A stretch of 64,000 bases of DNA from Octopus vulgaris (taxonomy: Eukaryota): the NCBI GenBank assembly GCA_951406725.2, contig OX597816.1, positions 5,270,001-5,334,000 of the forward strand. The letters run 5' to 3'. The stretch's first letter is position 1, and each line of letters begins with the position of its first letter. Shown one piece after another: positions 13,715-27,395 of this stretch. The notes under the pieces were generated by a model that saw only the letters and a program-made list of their open reading frames with translations, was not told where the DNA came from and did not search any database. The position numbers and the translations under genes are program-made.

Positions 13715-14076
13715 GGGGGGGTGACAGCGGTGGCAGCACTGTTGTTGTTGTTGGTGGTGGTGGTGGTGATGGTGGTGGTGGCGGCGGTGCACATAGTCAA
13801 GGGGTGTTTCAGAGAAGGGGAGTAGGTGACAGGTGAAGCTGGTTGCTGTTGTTGGCAGTGGTGGTGGTGGTGGTTGTGGTAGTGGTTGTGGTGGTGGTGG
13901 TGGTGGTGGTGGTGGTGGCATTGTTGTTGCTGTTGTTGGTGGTAGGCGTGATGGTGGTAGTAGTGGTGGTGGTGGTGGTGGTGGTGGTGGAGGAGGTGGT
14001 GGCATTGTTGTTGCTGTTGTTGTTGGTGGTGGTGGTGATGGTGGTGGTGATGGTGGTAGTGGTGGTGGTGGCATTG

Positions 14077-14108
<32 letters not shown>

Positions 14109-14170
14109 GGAGGTGGTGGTGGTGGTGGTGGTGGTGGTGGTGGTGGTGGTGGTGTCGGTGGTGGTGATTA
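13715..14170. repeat. (GGT)n/(GTT)n compound repeat with a higher-order unit ggcattgttgttg.tgttgtt repeated three times
   Basis: Seen directly in sequence. Confidence 0.9.
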
Positions 14171-14489
14171 TGTGGAGGATGACAGTATTCACACCAGTTT
14201 CACAATCTCAAGTGAAATACATTTTTGATATTTCATTCATACAGACTGAGTCTCTCTCTATTCAAGTGCAAATTATATCACCAAGTGCAGGTGTGGCTGT
14301 AGGATTAAGAAACTTGCTTAAGCCCACTTGCCCTTGGACAAGTATCTCTTCTACTATAACCCTAGGCCAACGAAAGCCTTGTGAGTGGATTTGGTACACA
14401 CAAACTGAAAGAAGCCCATCATACACATATATATATATAATTATTTACACACATACACCTATATAGATATATGTGTGTGTATATATATA

Positions 14490-14750
14490 TCATCCTCATC
14501 ATCATGATTTAACATCAATTGTCCATGCTGGCATGAATTGACCAGTTTGACCAGGCCTGGCAAGCTGGAAAGCTGCAGCAGACTCCGGTTTAATGTAGCA
14601 TGGTTTCTACAGATTGATGCCCTTTCCCAGTGCCAACCACTCCAAGAGTGTAATGGGTGCTTTTACATGGCACCGGCATGGGTGCCATTTGCGTGACACT
14701 AGTATCTGCCACAACTGCAATTTTCCTTGGCTTGATGGGTCTTCTTCTCA
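14490..14750 (-). mobile_element. Family G retroposon, diverged
   Basis: catcatgatttaacatc...ccatgctggcatg...gatgccc...gccaaccactcc...gggtgcttttac. Confidence 0.7.
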
Positions 14751-14867
14751 TTACTTGGCTTAAAGATCATGTTCTAAAACACCAAACAGAGACGCTTGTC
14801 TTATAGGAACGTTTGGACAATATTTTATAATCGATATCCCTAAAAAGCTAACTGGAATATTGCTTAA

Positions 14868-15088
14868 CCCTTTAATGTTCAGATTACTCTGTTAAATGTA
14901 AAAAAATTTTTACCCAAATCGTCTTGAATTAATCTTGCATTACCTTATAGCTTTGATGTTTCAATGACGTGATTGTTCATTTTTAGAATGTCAATGTAGG
15001 TTATGTATGAGAGGCTGGATATCACAAGTTTGAATATAAAATATACAGAATATTTGGGCCGGATATGGCCAGTTTAAACACTAAAGGG
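14868..15088. mobile_element. piggyBac-type MITE
   Basis: TTAA at 14864-14867 and 15089-15092 flank imperfect TIRs ccctttaatgttca / taaacactaaaggg (CCC...GGG termini). Confidence 0.75.
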
Positions 15089-15454
15089 TTAAATATACAG
15101 AGAAGCTGAAGGTTTTACTTGATGTGATTGGAAGAGAGGATTCAACTGGACAGCGATATAGTGTAGTAACGAGAGTTTTGAAAACTAATTAAAAATGAAT
15201 ATTAATAACGAACTCTTCGATTAATACAAGTGCATAAATCTGTAGGAGAGGGTATGTAGTCAATTAGTTTGCAAAGTTAGGTAACTTGTAATTGTTTTAT
15301 TGACCTGTGAGGAATGAAATACAAAGCTGGACCAAGAAGGTACTGAACTCAGGGAATGAGTGTTGATAATAATGAAAGCTTAATTCAAACACTAATACAC
15401 TGTAATGGCTAAGGTAAATCATCTGAAAATGGGAGTAACCTGCACATTATTTAA

Positions 15455-15489
<35 letters not shown>

Positions 15490-15493
<4 letters not shown>

Positions 15494-15685
15494 AGAGTTC
15501 ATGAAAAAAACAAAAGACAAGGACAGGTGGTGTACAAAACAAACAGATGTATTAGTATAATGCTCAAGAATAGAAAAAGTCTTTTACGTTTTGAGCCTAC
15601 GCTCTTCTACTGAAAGGGACACAGAAAAAACAAGGAGAGAAAAAAATGTGTGTAGTGGCTACCGATATATCATGGCTACCGATCT

Positions 15686-15690
<5 letters not shown>
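15490..15690 (-). mobile_element. (TA)n-embedded PLE-pLTR-like element family A with decayed hammerhead-like motif (15581-15616)
   Basis: Bounded by (TA)n on both sides; homologous to 17335-17500 (opposite strand) and 5382-5450 (tail only). rc reads cttt-CAGTAGA-A-gagc-gtag-gctc-AAAA-cg-TA-aaag. Confidence 0.6.
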
Positions 15691-15730
<40 letters not shown>

Positions 15731-16849
15731 ATCTTTCTAAATAAAACTTTCCATTGATATCAAATCATCAGAAAAGGCTGAAATAACACCCAAAAGCTTG
15801 CATGCATCCTTCTTCTTCTGCCAAATAAGGAAATTGAAGAAGCAACCAGACACCCAGTTAAAAAAATATATATATATGAAATATGGCGTTATTCTAACCC
15901 ATTCATTTTTATTAAGAATCAGGATATGGAGCTCCTTCTAACTATGATGTCAACAGGGTGAATACAGAAAGGAACCAATATGGGCCCATATAGAATTAGG
16001 GATTAATTTTGCAGGCAATACTTGTAAATATGAAAAGAGAGACTTTACTCAAATTCTATCATTAGATTATAGCAAAAACGTAAAAATGAAAATAAAAAAG
16101 CAAGCATCTTGTTAAAACATTCCTTACTGTGTAAGATAGCAATTGTAAGTCATGGTAAATGGAAAATACAAGTCTTTTTGCCAGGGAATATTTGATGATG
16201 TAATATGACAGTGTAGTAAATAATCTCTGCTTTAGAGAGAGACTAAAGCTGTTTTTACACAATAAATCCATGTTCGGGGCTAAAAGAAATTAGGTTAAAA
16301 CAGTAAAATGTTAAAATGTATAAAGGAAAGTAACATTGTGCCAACAGCTGGTGATGTGCTTAAGTTCCTTAATAAATCACAAATTTGAGGATTTTATTTT
16401 TTGTCCTTTTCAGAAGTTTTATTGTTTGCCAAGATAATCTACTGACAGTTGACTTTTTAATTAACAAAAAAATCCTGCCTGATTGTATCATCTTTTGTTA
16501 AAACTGAATGGTGATATTAGGAAATTATTCAAAAGTTTATTTTGAAGAGAATTTAAACAAAAGTTTCCTCGTCAGCAAGTTTTCTTACAAAAAAAAAAAA
16601 AACTACACAAAAAGGGGTTTTTAAGAGGAAAAGTAATCAAAGATCGAGAAAAAAAATGAATGTAAGTAAAAACGAAACAGTTTCTAATGTGCATGAGGAT
16701 GTGGAGCGTCGAAGTGAAGAATTTGTGAAAGATGTTACAACAATGACGGAGTGAACGAAAAACCGTTTCTGCATTGAAAAATATCTGAGGAATATCTCTA
16801 AGCTACTGTCTTACTGTTCCAATTGCAGCATGGAAAATGGATATTAAAC

Positions 16850-16880
<31 letters not shown>

Positions 16881-17099
16881 GTGCTAATGATGATGAAGAT
16901 GATGATGAATATGATGATGATGATGATGATGATCACAAACAACACCACTTGTACAACAGTGACATTCATTTTACAACCATCATGCCATGTCAACTCCAAG
17001 TCACACACACAAACACACACATAATGGGCTTCATTTAGTTTCCCTCTACCATATCCACTGACATTGCTTTGGTTGGCCCCAACATTTCCAGCTATTTCA

Positions 17100-17270
17100 T
17101 CAGGTGATCCAATGAATAAAGCCATTTTCTGACCATCCAATGCGTTTCTCCCTTTTATTTCCAAGACAGTTGGAAATGACTGAAGAAGGTTTGGTTGTTC
17201 TTGTTTGCATCCAGTGAACACGTCATTAATCCATCCGATAAACTGGAGTTAATGGAACTGAATTATCCAT
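17100..17270 (-). mobile_element. Possible decayed Tc1/mariner transposase fragment
   Basis: With frameshifts the minus strand gives W.GRNGFIHW..SPD, resembling the WIGRxGxIxWPPRSPDL motif; weak. Confidence 0.3.
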
Positions 17271-17334
17271 TGCCCCAAAATTACTGGCCTTGTGCAAAAA
17301 TCTGAAACCCATATGATTGATTGCTAAATTCACA

Positions 17335-17498
17335 AGTTTTTTTTATTCTCTCTCTGTTTATTTCCTCATATTCCTTTCTGTTGAAGAGCTCAGGCTCAAA
17401 ACATAAAAGACTTTCTTGCTTTTCCGAGTGCCAAACTAATACACCTGCTTGTTGTTCATACACCTGTCTTCGACTTTTGTTTTACTATAAATTTCAGC

Positions 17499-17500
<2 letters not shown>
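17335..17500 (+). mobile_element. Family A PLE-pLTR-like element with decayed hammerhead-like motif (17374-17409)
   Basis: cttt-CTGTTGA-A-gagc-tcag-gctc-AAAA-ca-TA-aaag (CpG-decayed from gctcGAAAcgTA); the 3' tail runs into (TA)n. Confidence 0.6.
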
Positions 17501-17556
<56 letters not shown>

Positions 17557-17571
17557 CATATATATACATAT

Positions 17572-17810
17572 TAATAGCAATGATAAGACAACAAAAGAAT
17601 GAATGAGACTTCGATGTTATGTAAATAGAGGAATTTATCCGTAATATAATACGTGACAATTATTCGGTAGCCAAAATAAAACTCCAAGTTTCGCATTTTT
17701 TGATTGCCTCGATAACTGACGAGATGCCGGAGCAGTTTTCCGCCCCGACATACGAAACTTGGAGTCTTATTATGGCAACCGAATAATTGTCACATATTAT
17801 ATTGCAGATA
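17572..17810. mobile_element. Fold-back PLE-pLTR-like element (family D) in (TA)n
   Basis: ~60 bp imperfect inverted repeat (17636-17696 / 17750-17810); a tail-only relative lies at 49101-49170, also in (TA)n. Confidence 0.75.
17711..17771 (+). ncRNA. Type I hammerhead ribozyme, canonical core
   Basis: Stem I gataa/ttatt; CUGACGA 17716-17722; stem II gatg.cgg...ccgacat.c; GAAA 17754-17757; stem III actt-g-gagt; GUC triplet 17764-17766. Confidence 0.72.
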
Positions 17811-17911
17811 TATATATATGTGTGTATATATATATATATATATACACACATATATATATATATGCATGCATATATATATATATATATAAATATATAAAAT
17901 ATATATATTGT

Positions 17912-18300
17912 TGCAGGAGTGCCTGTGTGTTAGGAAGCTTGCTTCCCAGCCACATGGTTCTGGGTTCAGTCCCACTGCGCAACACCTTGGCCTCGGCTGA
18001 CCAAAACCTTGTCAGTGGATTTGGTAGATAGAAACTGAAAGAAGCCTGTCATATATATATATATATAAATAAATATATGTGAGTGTGTCTTTGTGTCTGT
18101 GTTTGTCCCCCCACCATCGCTTGAAAACCAATGTTGATGTGTTTATGTCCCCTGTAACTTAGCAGCTCAGCAAAAGAGACAGATAGAGTAAATACTAGCC
18201 TTACAAAGAATAAGTCCTGGGGTCGATTTGTTCAACTAAAAGCAATGTTCCAGCATGGCCACAATCAAAATGACCGAAACAAGTAACAGAAAGGAAAAAA
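17912..18300 (+). mobile_element. SINE family T1 copy
   Basis: Aligns to 4255-4665; small internal deletion; CpG decay. Confidence 0.85.
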
Positions 18301-18870
18301 TAAATATTAACAATCTTGGTAATTTACTAGGACTTAAATGTTACGAAATTCAGAAGGATAAAATGTGAAGTTGACTTCAGCAGCAATTGAACACTTAACT
18401 CCAGTTTTAATTTTAAAAGTTGGCAGAGGGGCTCTTCAATGGTTATTTTGTTAACTACATGGAACCAGTTAAACAACTCCTCAAAGCGCCTCGTTTGGAC
18501 CTTTCTCAGATTTGTTTAAATATTTAGCAATGCTATTGTCGCTTGCTTGATTGATCTGCTTCACTTATGGTTATTAAGTGTTATGTCTGTTGTTTCTATT
18601 ATTTACTTTTCATTGTGCTGTAGTTCAGGCTTAACGTTACAGGCTTTCACTATATATATTTTTCATTAGGTTATCAATGGTGAAAGCTTTATTAGTTTGG
18701 ATGAAGTCCAGCAAAGTACACTGGTCGCAGACGGTTTAAGACAAACTGCGATGCAGTTTTTCTTGTATAAATATAAACATGTGTCTGAAATATTCAAATA
18801 AAAGATTTAGAATAAAAAAAAGGGCAAGATTATTTAGACATTAACTCAAATATTACATAAAAGTAGAACC

Positions 18871-19569
18871 TTTTTATTCTCTTACTTGTTGCAGTCATTT
18901 TGACTGTGGTCATGCTGGAGCACCACCTTTAGTCGAACAAATCGACTCCAAGACTTATTCTTTGTAAGCTTAGTACTTATTTATCGGTCTCTTTTTGCTG
19001 AACTGCTAAGTTATAGTGATGTAAACACACAAACATCAGTTGTGAAGCGATGGTGGGGGGACAAGCACAGACGCACAAATATTTTTTTTAAAGCATTAGG
19101 TGTAAGGACCGAATGCTTTAAAAAAAAATGGGAGCATTACAAGGTGCTTAGACAACTGAAAGTGTAAGAGCTACTAGAATAAAATGGATGTTAGACAGAA
19201 GTCAATAGGGGATGATGTACATTAAACTTAAAAGACTGGGGGTCATATTGAAGAGGGAAACAAGAGTGTGGAAGGGAATTCCAGAGTTCAGCGGTGCGAG
19301 AGAAGAAACTGGTATTGTAAAGTGGTTTACGACATTTAGGAGGGTGCCTGAAGAAATTAATACATACACACACAAACATACACATCCACACACACACACA
19401 TAAATGACGGGCTTCTTTCAGTTTCCACCTACCAAATCCAATCACAAGGCTTTGGTCGGCCTCAGGATATAGTAGAAAACACTTGCCTAAAGTGCCACGC
19501 TGTGGGATTGAACCCAGAACCATGTGGTTGGGAAGCAAGCTTTTTACCACACAGCCACTCCTTTGCCTA
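18871..19569 (-). mobile_element. SINE family T1 copy interrupted by a CR1 3' fragment
   Basis: 3' half at 18871-19082 and 5' half at 19361-19569. Confidence 0.85.
19083..19360 (-). mobile_element. CR1 (Zenon-like) LINE 3' end
   Basis: Translation PKCRKPLYNTSFFSRTAELWNSLPHSCFPLQYDPQSFKFNVHHPLL* carries the SFFxRT..LWNSLP..FP..Y...FK..V CR1-type ORF2 terminus. A 3' terminal stem-loop (aaagcattcggt...acctaatgcttt) and A tail follow. Confidence 0.78.
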
Positions 19570-19839
19570 TGTGTGTGTGTGTATAAGTATGTATGGGATA
19601 TTATTTATGTTTGAATATCTATGTATCTATCCCCCTACCCCCTCTCTCTCTTTCTACATGCATATATATATACATATATATTATATGTACACATATGTAA
19701 GTTGATTTGTATATTTGTATGTATGTGTAAATATGTGTATATTTGTATGAACGTATATGTATGTATGTGCATGTGTGAGTACATGTATGTATATATAAAT
19801 GTATATCTCTCTGTCTGTCTATCTATCTAACTATCTATC

Positions 19840-19884
<45 letters not shown>

Positions 19885-19890
19885 AGATAA

Positions 19891-19963
<73 letters not shown>

Positions 19964-20056
19964 GCGAGAGAGAGACAGACAGAAAGACAGAGAGACAGAC
20001 AGAGAAACAAAGAAAGACAGACAGACAGAGAGACAGAGAAAGAGAGAGAGACACAC

Positions 20057-20090
<34 letters not shown>

Positions 20091-20552
20091 CCTTGTTGAT
20101 ATTGCACTGAAATACAAGACTTTCCCAATACATCTTATATGTAAATGTGATACCGATCAATAAAGTATCAATACCAAATAATTTATAAGAACTAATCGCT
20201 GAACAGAGATACGCAAGTACAATAAACTATTTTTATCTGGGCTCAGTGAATTTGGATAGCAGAACAAAAAACAAAAAGAAAAACAGAAAAACCTGAGATA
20301 TCGCTTTATCATCTATAATGATTGCCAGCCAGGATATAATATGATTCCTATGCAGCCGAAGTGTGTGATATCTTGTATGACTCTCATGATTAAACTTATA
20401 GATATATATATGTATATGTATGAATTTCAATGTAATTTTCTGATAAGGTTCTCAATGTTCTGCCAGAATCATAAAGATATGTGTATGACATGGTAATACA
20501 AGGTAATACATGTGTTAATTTTGCATTTAGCTGTATTCATGCAATGGTATAT

Positions 20553-21030
20553 AAGGTGGAGAGCTGGCAAAAATGTTAGCACGCCAGGTGAAATGCGTAG
20601 CCGCATTTCGTCTTCCGTTACGTTCTGAGTTCAAATTCCGCCCAGGTCGACTTTGTCTTTCATCCTTTCGGGGTTGATTAAATAAGTACCAGTTACGCAC
20701 TGGAGTCGATGTAATCGACTTATTCAGTTTCTCTGTCCTTGTTTGTCCCATCTGTGTTTAGCTCCTTGTGGGTAGTAAAGAAATAGGTATATAAGGCGGC
20801 GAGCTGGCAGAAAGGTTAGCACGCCGGGCGAAATGCATAGCCGTATTTCGTCTGCCGTTACGTTTTGAGTTCAAATTCCACCGAGGTCGACTTTGCCTTT
20901 CATCCTTTCGGGGTTGATAAATTAAGTACCAGTTATGCACTGGGGTAGATGGAATCGACTTAATCTGTTTGTCTGTCCTTGTTTGTCCTCTCTGTGTTTA
21001 GCCCCTTCTGGATAGTAAAGAAATAGGTAT
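20553..21030 (+). mobile_element. Two tandem family N SINE copies
   Basis: Units at 20553-20790 and 20793-21030, each preceded by ggtatataa. Confidence 0.85.
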
Positions 21031-21038
21031 ATATGTAT

Positions 21039-21374
21039 GTGAAGGTGCATGGCTTAGTGGTTAGATTGCCGAGCTTACGAACGTGAGGTTGTGAATTCGA
21101 TTCCCAGACCGGGCTGCATGTTGGGTTCTTGAGCAAGACACTTTATTTCACATTGCTCCAGTTAACTTAGCTGTAGAAATGAGTTGCGACATCACTGGTG
21201 CCAAGCTGTATCATGGCCTTTGCCTTTCCCTTGGATAACATTGGTGGCATGGAGAGGGGAGGCTGGTATGCACGGGCGACTGCTAGCCTTCCACAAACAA
21301 CCTTGCCTGGACTTGTGCCTCAGAGGGTACCTTTCTATGTGCAACCTCAGGGTCATTCATGACCGAAGGGGGTC
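21039..21374 (+). mobile_element. SINE family T3, full length
   Basis: Aligns to 30442-30787. Confidence 0.85.
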
Positions 21375-21589
21375 GCCTCATATATATATTTGTTATGGTT
21401 AATGCTGTGAGCGAGAGAGTTTTTTAATCCAGGACAAATTACAATGCGATAATGAGATTTGCTCTGTTGTTTCTTAAATTGTGGACCAAGAGGCTCTTAA
21501 TCATGGCTACAGGGTTTAAGACACAAGTTGATCTGTGTTCTATAAGTTGTTAGAATATATATATATACAAAAGCATCATTTATTTTTTT

Positions 21590-21960
21590 TATATCTTACT
21601 TTTTTCAGTCATTAGACCACGGCCATACCAGGGTTGTATCTTGAAGAATTTCAATCAAATGAAATGATACCCCTGACTATTTTATGCTTTTTTTTTCAGC
21701 CTGGTGCTTATTCAATCTGTGTGTTTTACTGAACTTAGTTACAGGGACATAAACCACCACCACCACCACCTGTTGTCAGGTGAACACACACACACATAAA
21801 TGGCTTCTTTTAGTTTTCCCTTACAAAACCCTCTGAAAAGACTTTATTCGGCCTGAAGCAACAGTAGAAGACAGTTGCCCAAGGTGCCATGTGGTGGGAC
21901 TGAACCTGAAACCATATGGTTGGACAACAAACTTCTTACCACACAACCACGCCCATGCCA
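21590..21960 (-). mobile_element. SINE family T1, old diverged copy
   Basis: ttcagtcattagac...ggcttctttt.agtttcc...gcccaaggtgcca...gggactgaacc...cttaccacaca. Confidence 0.7.
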
Positions 21961-21984
21961 ATATATACATACATGAAATGATAT

Positions 21985-22700
21985 GATGACTGTCCGATCA
22001 TGAGAGATGAAGACCATCTCTGACCATCAATAACATTGTGCATTCAGACAAATTCATCATTTACACTTGTTGCTCCACTGGTAATTAAGGAGTCCAGATC
22101 TTGATAAATGTACATGTTCATGGATATTGAAAGCCAGGCTTTCTCCATTCACTTCCTTGGTGGTGTTGGTTTTGAGCAGCTTGCTTAAATTCAGCAGAAA
22201 AAATGCATGGTTTTATTTCTCAAAAATATCTATTCCTTCCTTTGTTTCCACTATTGGTGCTGATGACAAGCATTGCTTTCCCCATTGATCCCCTATATTT
22301 CATGGGGCCTTCAACAAGGACACTACACAATCCTTCAATCCTAGTCTTAGTTTCCACTGCAGGCACTTTCCATAAACAAGTTCACCATGTAGCATCTGCT
22401 TAGGATCCTCCAGTCATGCATTCAAACAAGGTGTCCAGTCCAATGCTAACTGTGCAGCCAGTTGATGAAAATGATGCTGAGGCTCAGAGAGTCATGATCT
22501 GTGTATGACTTCACAGAGAGATGCAAGAATTTGGCACTTACCAATTATAAGAATACAAAATACCTACAGCAGTGATCTGTTAGGAAAATATAAACACCTG
22601 GTGAGGTGTTGTTTGAGATATTCAAGCTGCCACTGACACAAAAGACGCAAGAAGCTCAACTACCAGTTTGTGAGCCTAAGAGTTCTGTGTCAGTTACTTT
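21985..22700 (-). mobile_element. RTE-clade LINE 3' region, heavily decayed
   Basis: Minus strand with stops/frameshifts gives HWTGHLV*MHDWRI(P)KQMLHGELVYGKCLQWKLRLGLKDCV, matching the RTE motif RWxGHVxRMxDxRIPKQxLYGEL..GKR...PRLRxKD. Downstream LSRSGLLN resembles the RTE terminal Zn-finger remnant. Confidence 0.65.
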
Positions 22701-22743
22701 GCTTTCCAAGGAGGGCTCTGCCCTATTTAATAAATCAACTGAA

Positions 22744-22838
<95 letters not shown>

Positions 22839-22855
22839 CATTATTATTATTATTA

Positions 22856-22898
<43 letters not shown>

Positions 22899-22911
22899 CA
22901 TTATTATTATT

Positions 22912-23467
22912 GAGTGAGAGAGCAGTACATGCCATCAAAGTAACACTGGTGTAAAATATACAATGCCCAGTATACCCATCATGACTACCCGTCTGATAAG
23001 GGTACACCAGGCACATGCATCACAACCATCTGTGTGCGACATGGTGATCTCATATCAAGATAAACAGCACATGACCTTGCAGGTGGGGCCCAGTTAGAAT
23101 TTTCTTCAGGTTGAGTAGCCTATCCTGCTCAAAAAGTCCCTGAATAAGGATTGTTTAAGGATGTTGAACGAACCACCCATGTTTCCAGAGGTGAATTATT
23201 CAAACCCCAAAGAATCCCTCTCAACACACGGCTATGATGCTACCCAACTACTTCAGCCCGTGATCAGAGATGCACATATTGTCAGTCATGGAGGGACATG
23301 CTCAAATGGTTAAGGTCAAACAAGTGACAAGCAAATCTGTGGTATTGAGCAGAATATTTGCTGTAGGCCATCTTTTATACCAAGACAAAACAATGTACAT
23401 GATAACACTTCCAATCAGTTAAGATCAGAAGCCATGAGAGCCACTGCCTGGTACTGCATCAGGGCAT
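22912..23467 (-). mobile_element. ~555 bp non-coding element embedded in (TAA)n (full copy 1)
   Basis: Closely similar to 44290-44847 and 62443-62998; no TIRs, no coherent ORF, no Pol III boxes seen. Confidence 0.85.
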
Positions 23468-23658
23468 TTATTGTTGTTATTATTTCAAACAATTTGATTC
23501 AGCTCACATGATTTGAAGTTTAATAGATGTCTTAAAGAAACCTAGTTCATTGGGATCAGTTAACCAGAGGGAAAGATAATACAAAATGTGTTGAGTACCA
23601 CTTCCTAATATTTTATCAATCACCCGTGTGTATATATATACATATACATACGTGCATG

Positions 23659-23702
<44 letters not shown>

Positions 23703-23708
<6 letters not shown>

Positions 23709-24068
23709 ATTATGAGTATAATTATAATTAGGGTTCAGCAAAAAGTTTGCTTCACCACATAATGAAATTTGGTAGAGAAATAGCTAGTTTTGGCTGCTAT
23801 TTCTAAATTTCCGTATGTAGTGAAGCAAATTTTTTGCTGGACTCTAATTATAATTATACTAATAATTATAAAAATTTTTGTTTAAGTTTACCGATAAGGG
23901 TTTCTTTAACAAGCCAAACTACTTGGTAAAATTATTAATTATTAATTAATTAATTAATTTTACCTTTTATTATTAAACACGAGAGTAGAAAAACAGCCAA
24001 ATGTTTTCAATTTGTATCTTTCATTGTTCAAGAAAATAGTTCATATTCCATGTACTCGTACTTTGCCT
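23703..24068. mobile_element. Fold-back (TA)n-embedded element (family E) with decayed hammerhead-like motif at 23887-23931
   Basis: ~65 bp inverted repeat at 23703-23770 / 23806-23872, then ttta-CCGATAA-g-ggttt...aagcc-AAA-cta-ct-tgg-TA-aaa; (TA)n both sides. Confidence 0.65.
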
Positions 24069-24740
24069 ATATATATATATATATATATATATACGCATAG
24101 ATGTAAGTATAAACATATAGGTATGTACATATGCATATCTATATATACATATATATATATATATATATAAATATTTATACTATATATATATATACATATG
24201 CATATATGTCATATATATCATATAAATACACACACACACACATATATATATATACATACACAAAACTGCTTGTCTGTGTATGTATAGCTATAGCTATGTT
24301 GTGTGCCACATCTGTACGCAAAACAATGGAGGTCCCTAATCAAAATGCGAGATCAGTGCTGCTATTGCTTAAGATAATAAGCAAGTGATATCAAATTGCA
24401 GCGATAACGCACAAATATCTATTGATACACACGTAGGTGTATATATTGGAGTGTGAAGCAAAGGATATTTGCAAATAACACAAAAACGAGATTGATGAAA
24501 AGGGAACCCAAAGGGCCAAAAGTGTGAATTAATTTCCCAAATATTTAGGAGCAGCTGTGCACTTATTTCACACTGCAGCATCATAAAGCAGTTATTGAAG
24601 ACATGCACACACACAGACACAGGCACGCACACATGCACACATACACATAAACAGCCTCATGCATATTCATACATACACATATGTGTATGTATATCTATAT
24701 ATATAAGCATATATGAATATATATATATACATGCATACAT

Positions 24741-25333
<593 letters not shown>

Positions 25334-25373
25334 CATATATATATATACATATATATATATGTATGTATATATG

Positions 25374-25421
<48 letters not shown>

Positions 25422-25433
25422 TATACATACATA

Positions 25434-25486
<53 letters not shown>

Positions 25487-25839
25487 GTATGTATATACAC
25501 ATGTATGTATGTACATTCATATATACATATGCATATTCATGAATTGTTTCTGCGTGGGTCTTTTGTAAAGATACAGTTTTGGAACAGATATCACTTTCTG
25601 TATATTAATGCTATAACCAATTGATACAGTTCTCGTTTTAATGAAACCCATTGCAATATGAATGTGTTGTAATTACATTTCATATATGAAAGTATAAACC
25701 GTCGTGTTCCACTGTTCCGATTCTTAATCTCACAGGAGTTCACACTGCGCTCGCTGTTAATTAAATAACTACTTTGAAAACAACATTGAAGTTATATAAT
25801 GTATAACAGCCATATTACTTCTTGCAGCATTACTCTCTC

Positions 25840-26054
25840 TCTCTCTTTTACTCTTTTACTTGTTTCAGTCATTTGACTGCGGCCATGCTGGAGCACCGCC
25901 TTTAATCGAGCAACTCGACCCCCAGGACTTATTCCTTTTGTAAGCCCAGTACTTATTCTATCGGTCTCTTTTGCCGAACCGCTAAGTAACGGGGACGTAA
26001 ACACACCAGCATCGGTTGTCAAGTAATGCTAGGGGCACAAACACAGACACACAA

Positions 26055-26099
<45 letters not shown>

Positions 26100-26265
26100 T
26101 ACGACGGGCTTCTTTCAGTTTCCGTCTACCAAATCCACTCACAAGGCTTTGGTCGGCCCGAGGCTATAGCAGAAGACACTTGCCCAAGGTGCCACGCAGT
26201 GGGACTGAACCCGGAACCATGTGGCTGGTAAACAAGCTACTTACCACACAGCCACTCCTGCGCCT
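25840..26265 (-). mobile_element. SINE family T1, full length, young
   Basis: Reverse complement of 4255-4665 with CpGs retained. Confidence 0.88.
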
Positions 26266-26752
26266 AACATCATTCTTTTTCATTTCAAATTATTATCTAT
26301 CGATTTATTTATCTGTCTGTGTGTCTCAATTTCTATTTCTCTCCCCGCCCCCCCCTCTCTCTCTAGTACACCAGCCAACACTTTCAAGGAAGTTTGTCCC
26401 CGTGGCATGTACTTTGCCTTTGCTAATTGCTTTACATGCCTGTATAGTCAAGATTAGTTCATATTACTCTGTAAGTGGCACGGGGCCAGTTTCCCAGTTT
26501 CACTGGCATATATATATATATATGTATGTTCCACCCTGGACAGGATGATAGTCTGTCTCAAGATGACGCCCTTTCGCCAGCCGAGTAGACTGGAGCAATG
26601 TGACATGAAGTGTTTTGCTCAAGAACACGACGCATTGCCCAGTCCAGGAATCGAAACCACAGTCTTACGACCATGAGTCCAAAACCGTAACCACTGAGTC
26701 TTATGCCTCCACATACTTGTGCACTCATAAGAGACATAAATATCCTCTCCCC

Positions 26753-27206
26753 CATCATCATCATCATCGCTTAACGTCCACTTTTCATGCTCGCAAGGGT
26801 TGAACAGTTTGACTGAGGACTGCCAAGCCAGAAGGCTGCACCAGGCCCCAATCTGATCTAGTTAAGTTTCTACAGCTGGATGCCCTTCCTAGTGTCAATC
26901 ACTCTGAGAGTGTAGTGGGTGCTTTTTACGTGCTGCCAGCACAGGGAGCCAGTCAGGCGGCGCTTGCATCGACCAGGTTCGGATGGTGCTTTTTACGTGC
27001 CCTTTTATTCTTTTAATTGTCTCAGTCATTTGACTGTGGCCATGCTGGAGCACTGCCTTTAGTCAAACAAATCCACCCCAGGACTTATTCTTTGTGAACC
27101 TAGTACTTATTCTATTGGTCTGTTTTGCTGAACCACTAAGTTATGGGGATGCAAACACATCAACATCAGCCATCAAGTGATGGCTGGTGGACAAACACAG
27201 ACACAG

Positions 27207-27240
<34 letters not shown>

Positions 27241-27395
27241 ATATATATATGGGCTTCTTTCAGTTTCCATCTATGAAATCCACTCACAAGACTTTAGTCG
27301 GTCCAAGGCTATAGTAGAAGACACGTGTCCAAGGTGCCATGCAGTGGGACCAAACCCGCAACCATATCGTTGGGAGCAAGGTTCTTACCGCACAA
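26753..27395 (-). mobile_element. Family G copy (26753-27000) abutting a T1 SINE (27002-27395)
   Basis: Both family motifs seen directly. Confidence 0.8.

Noticed and set aside
13673-14228. Poly-Pro (formin-like) / poly-Gly ORFs
   Set aside because: Product of (GGT)n/(GTT)n repeats; no FH2 or other flanking domain.
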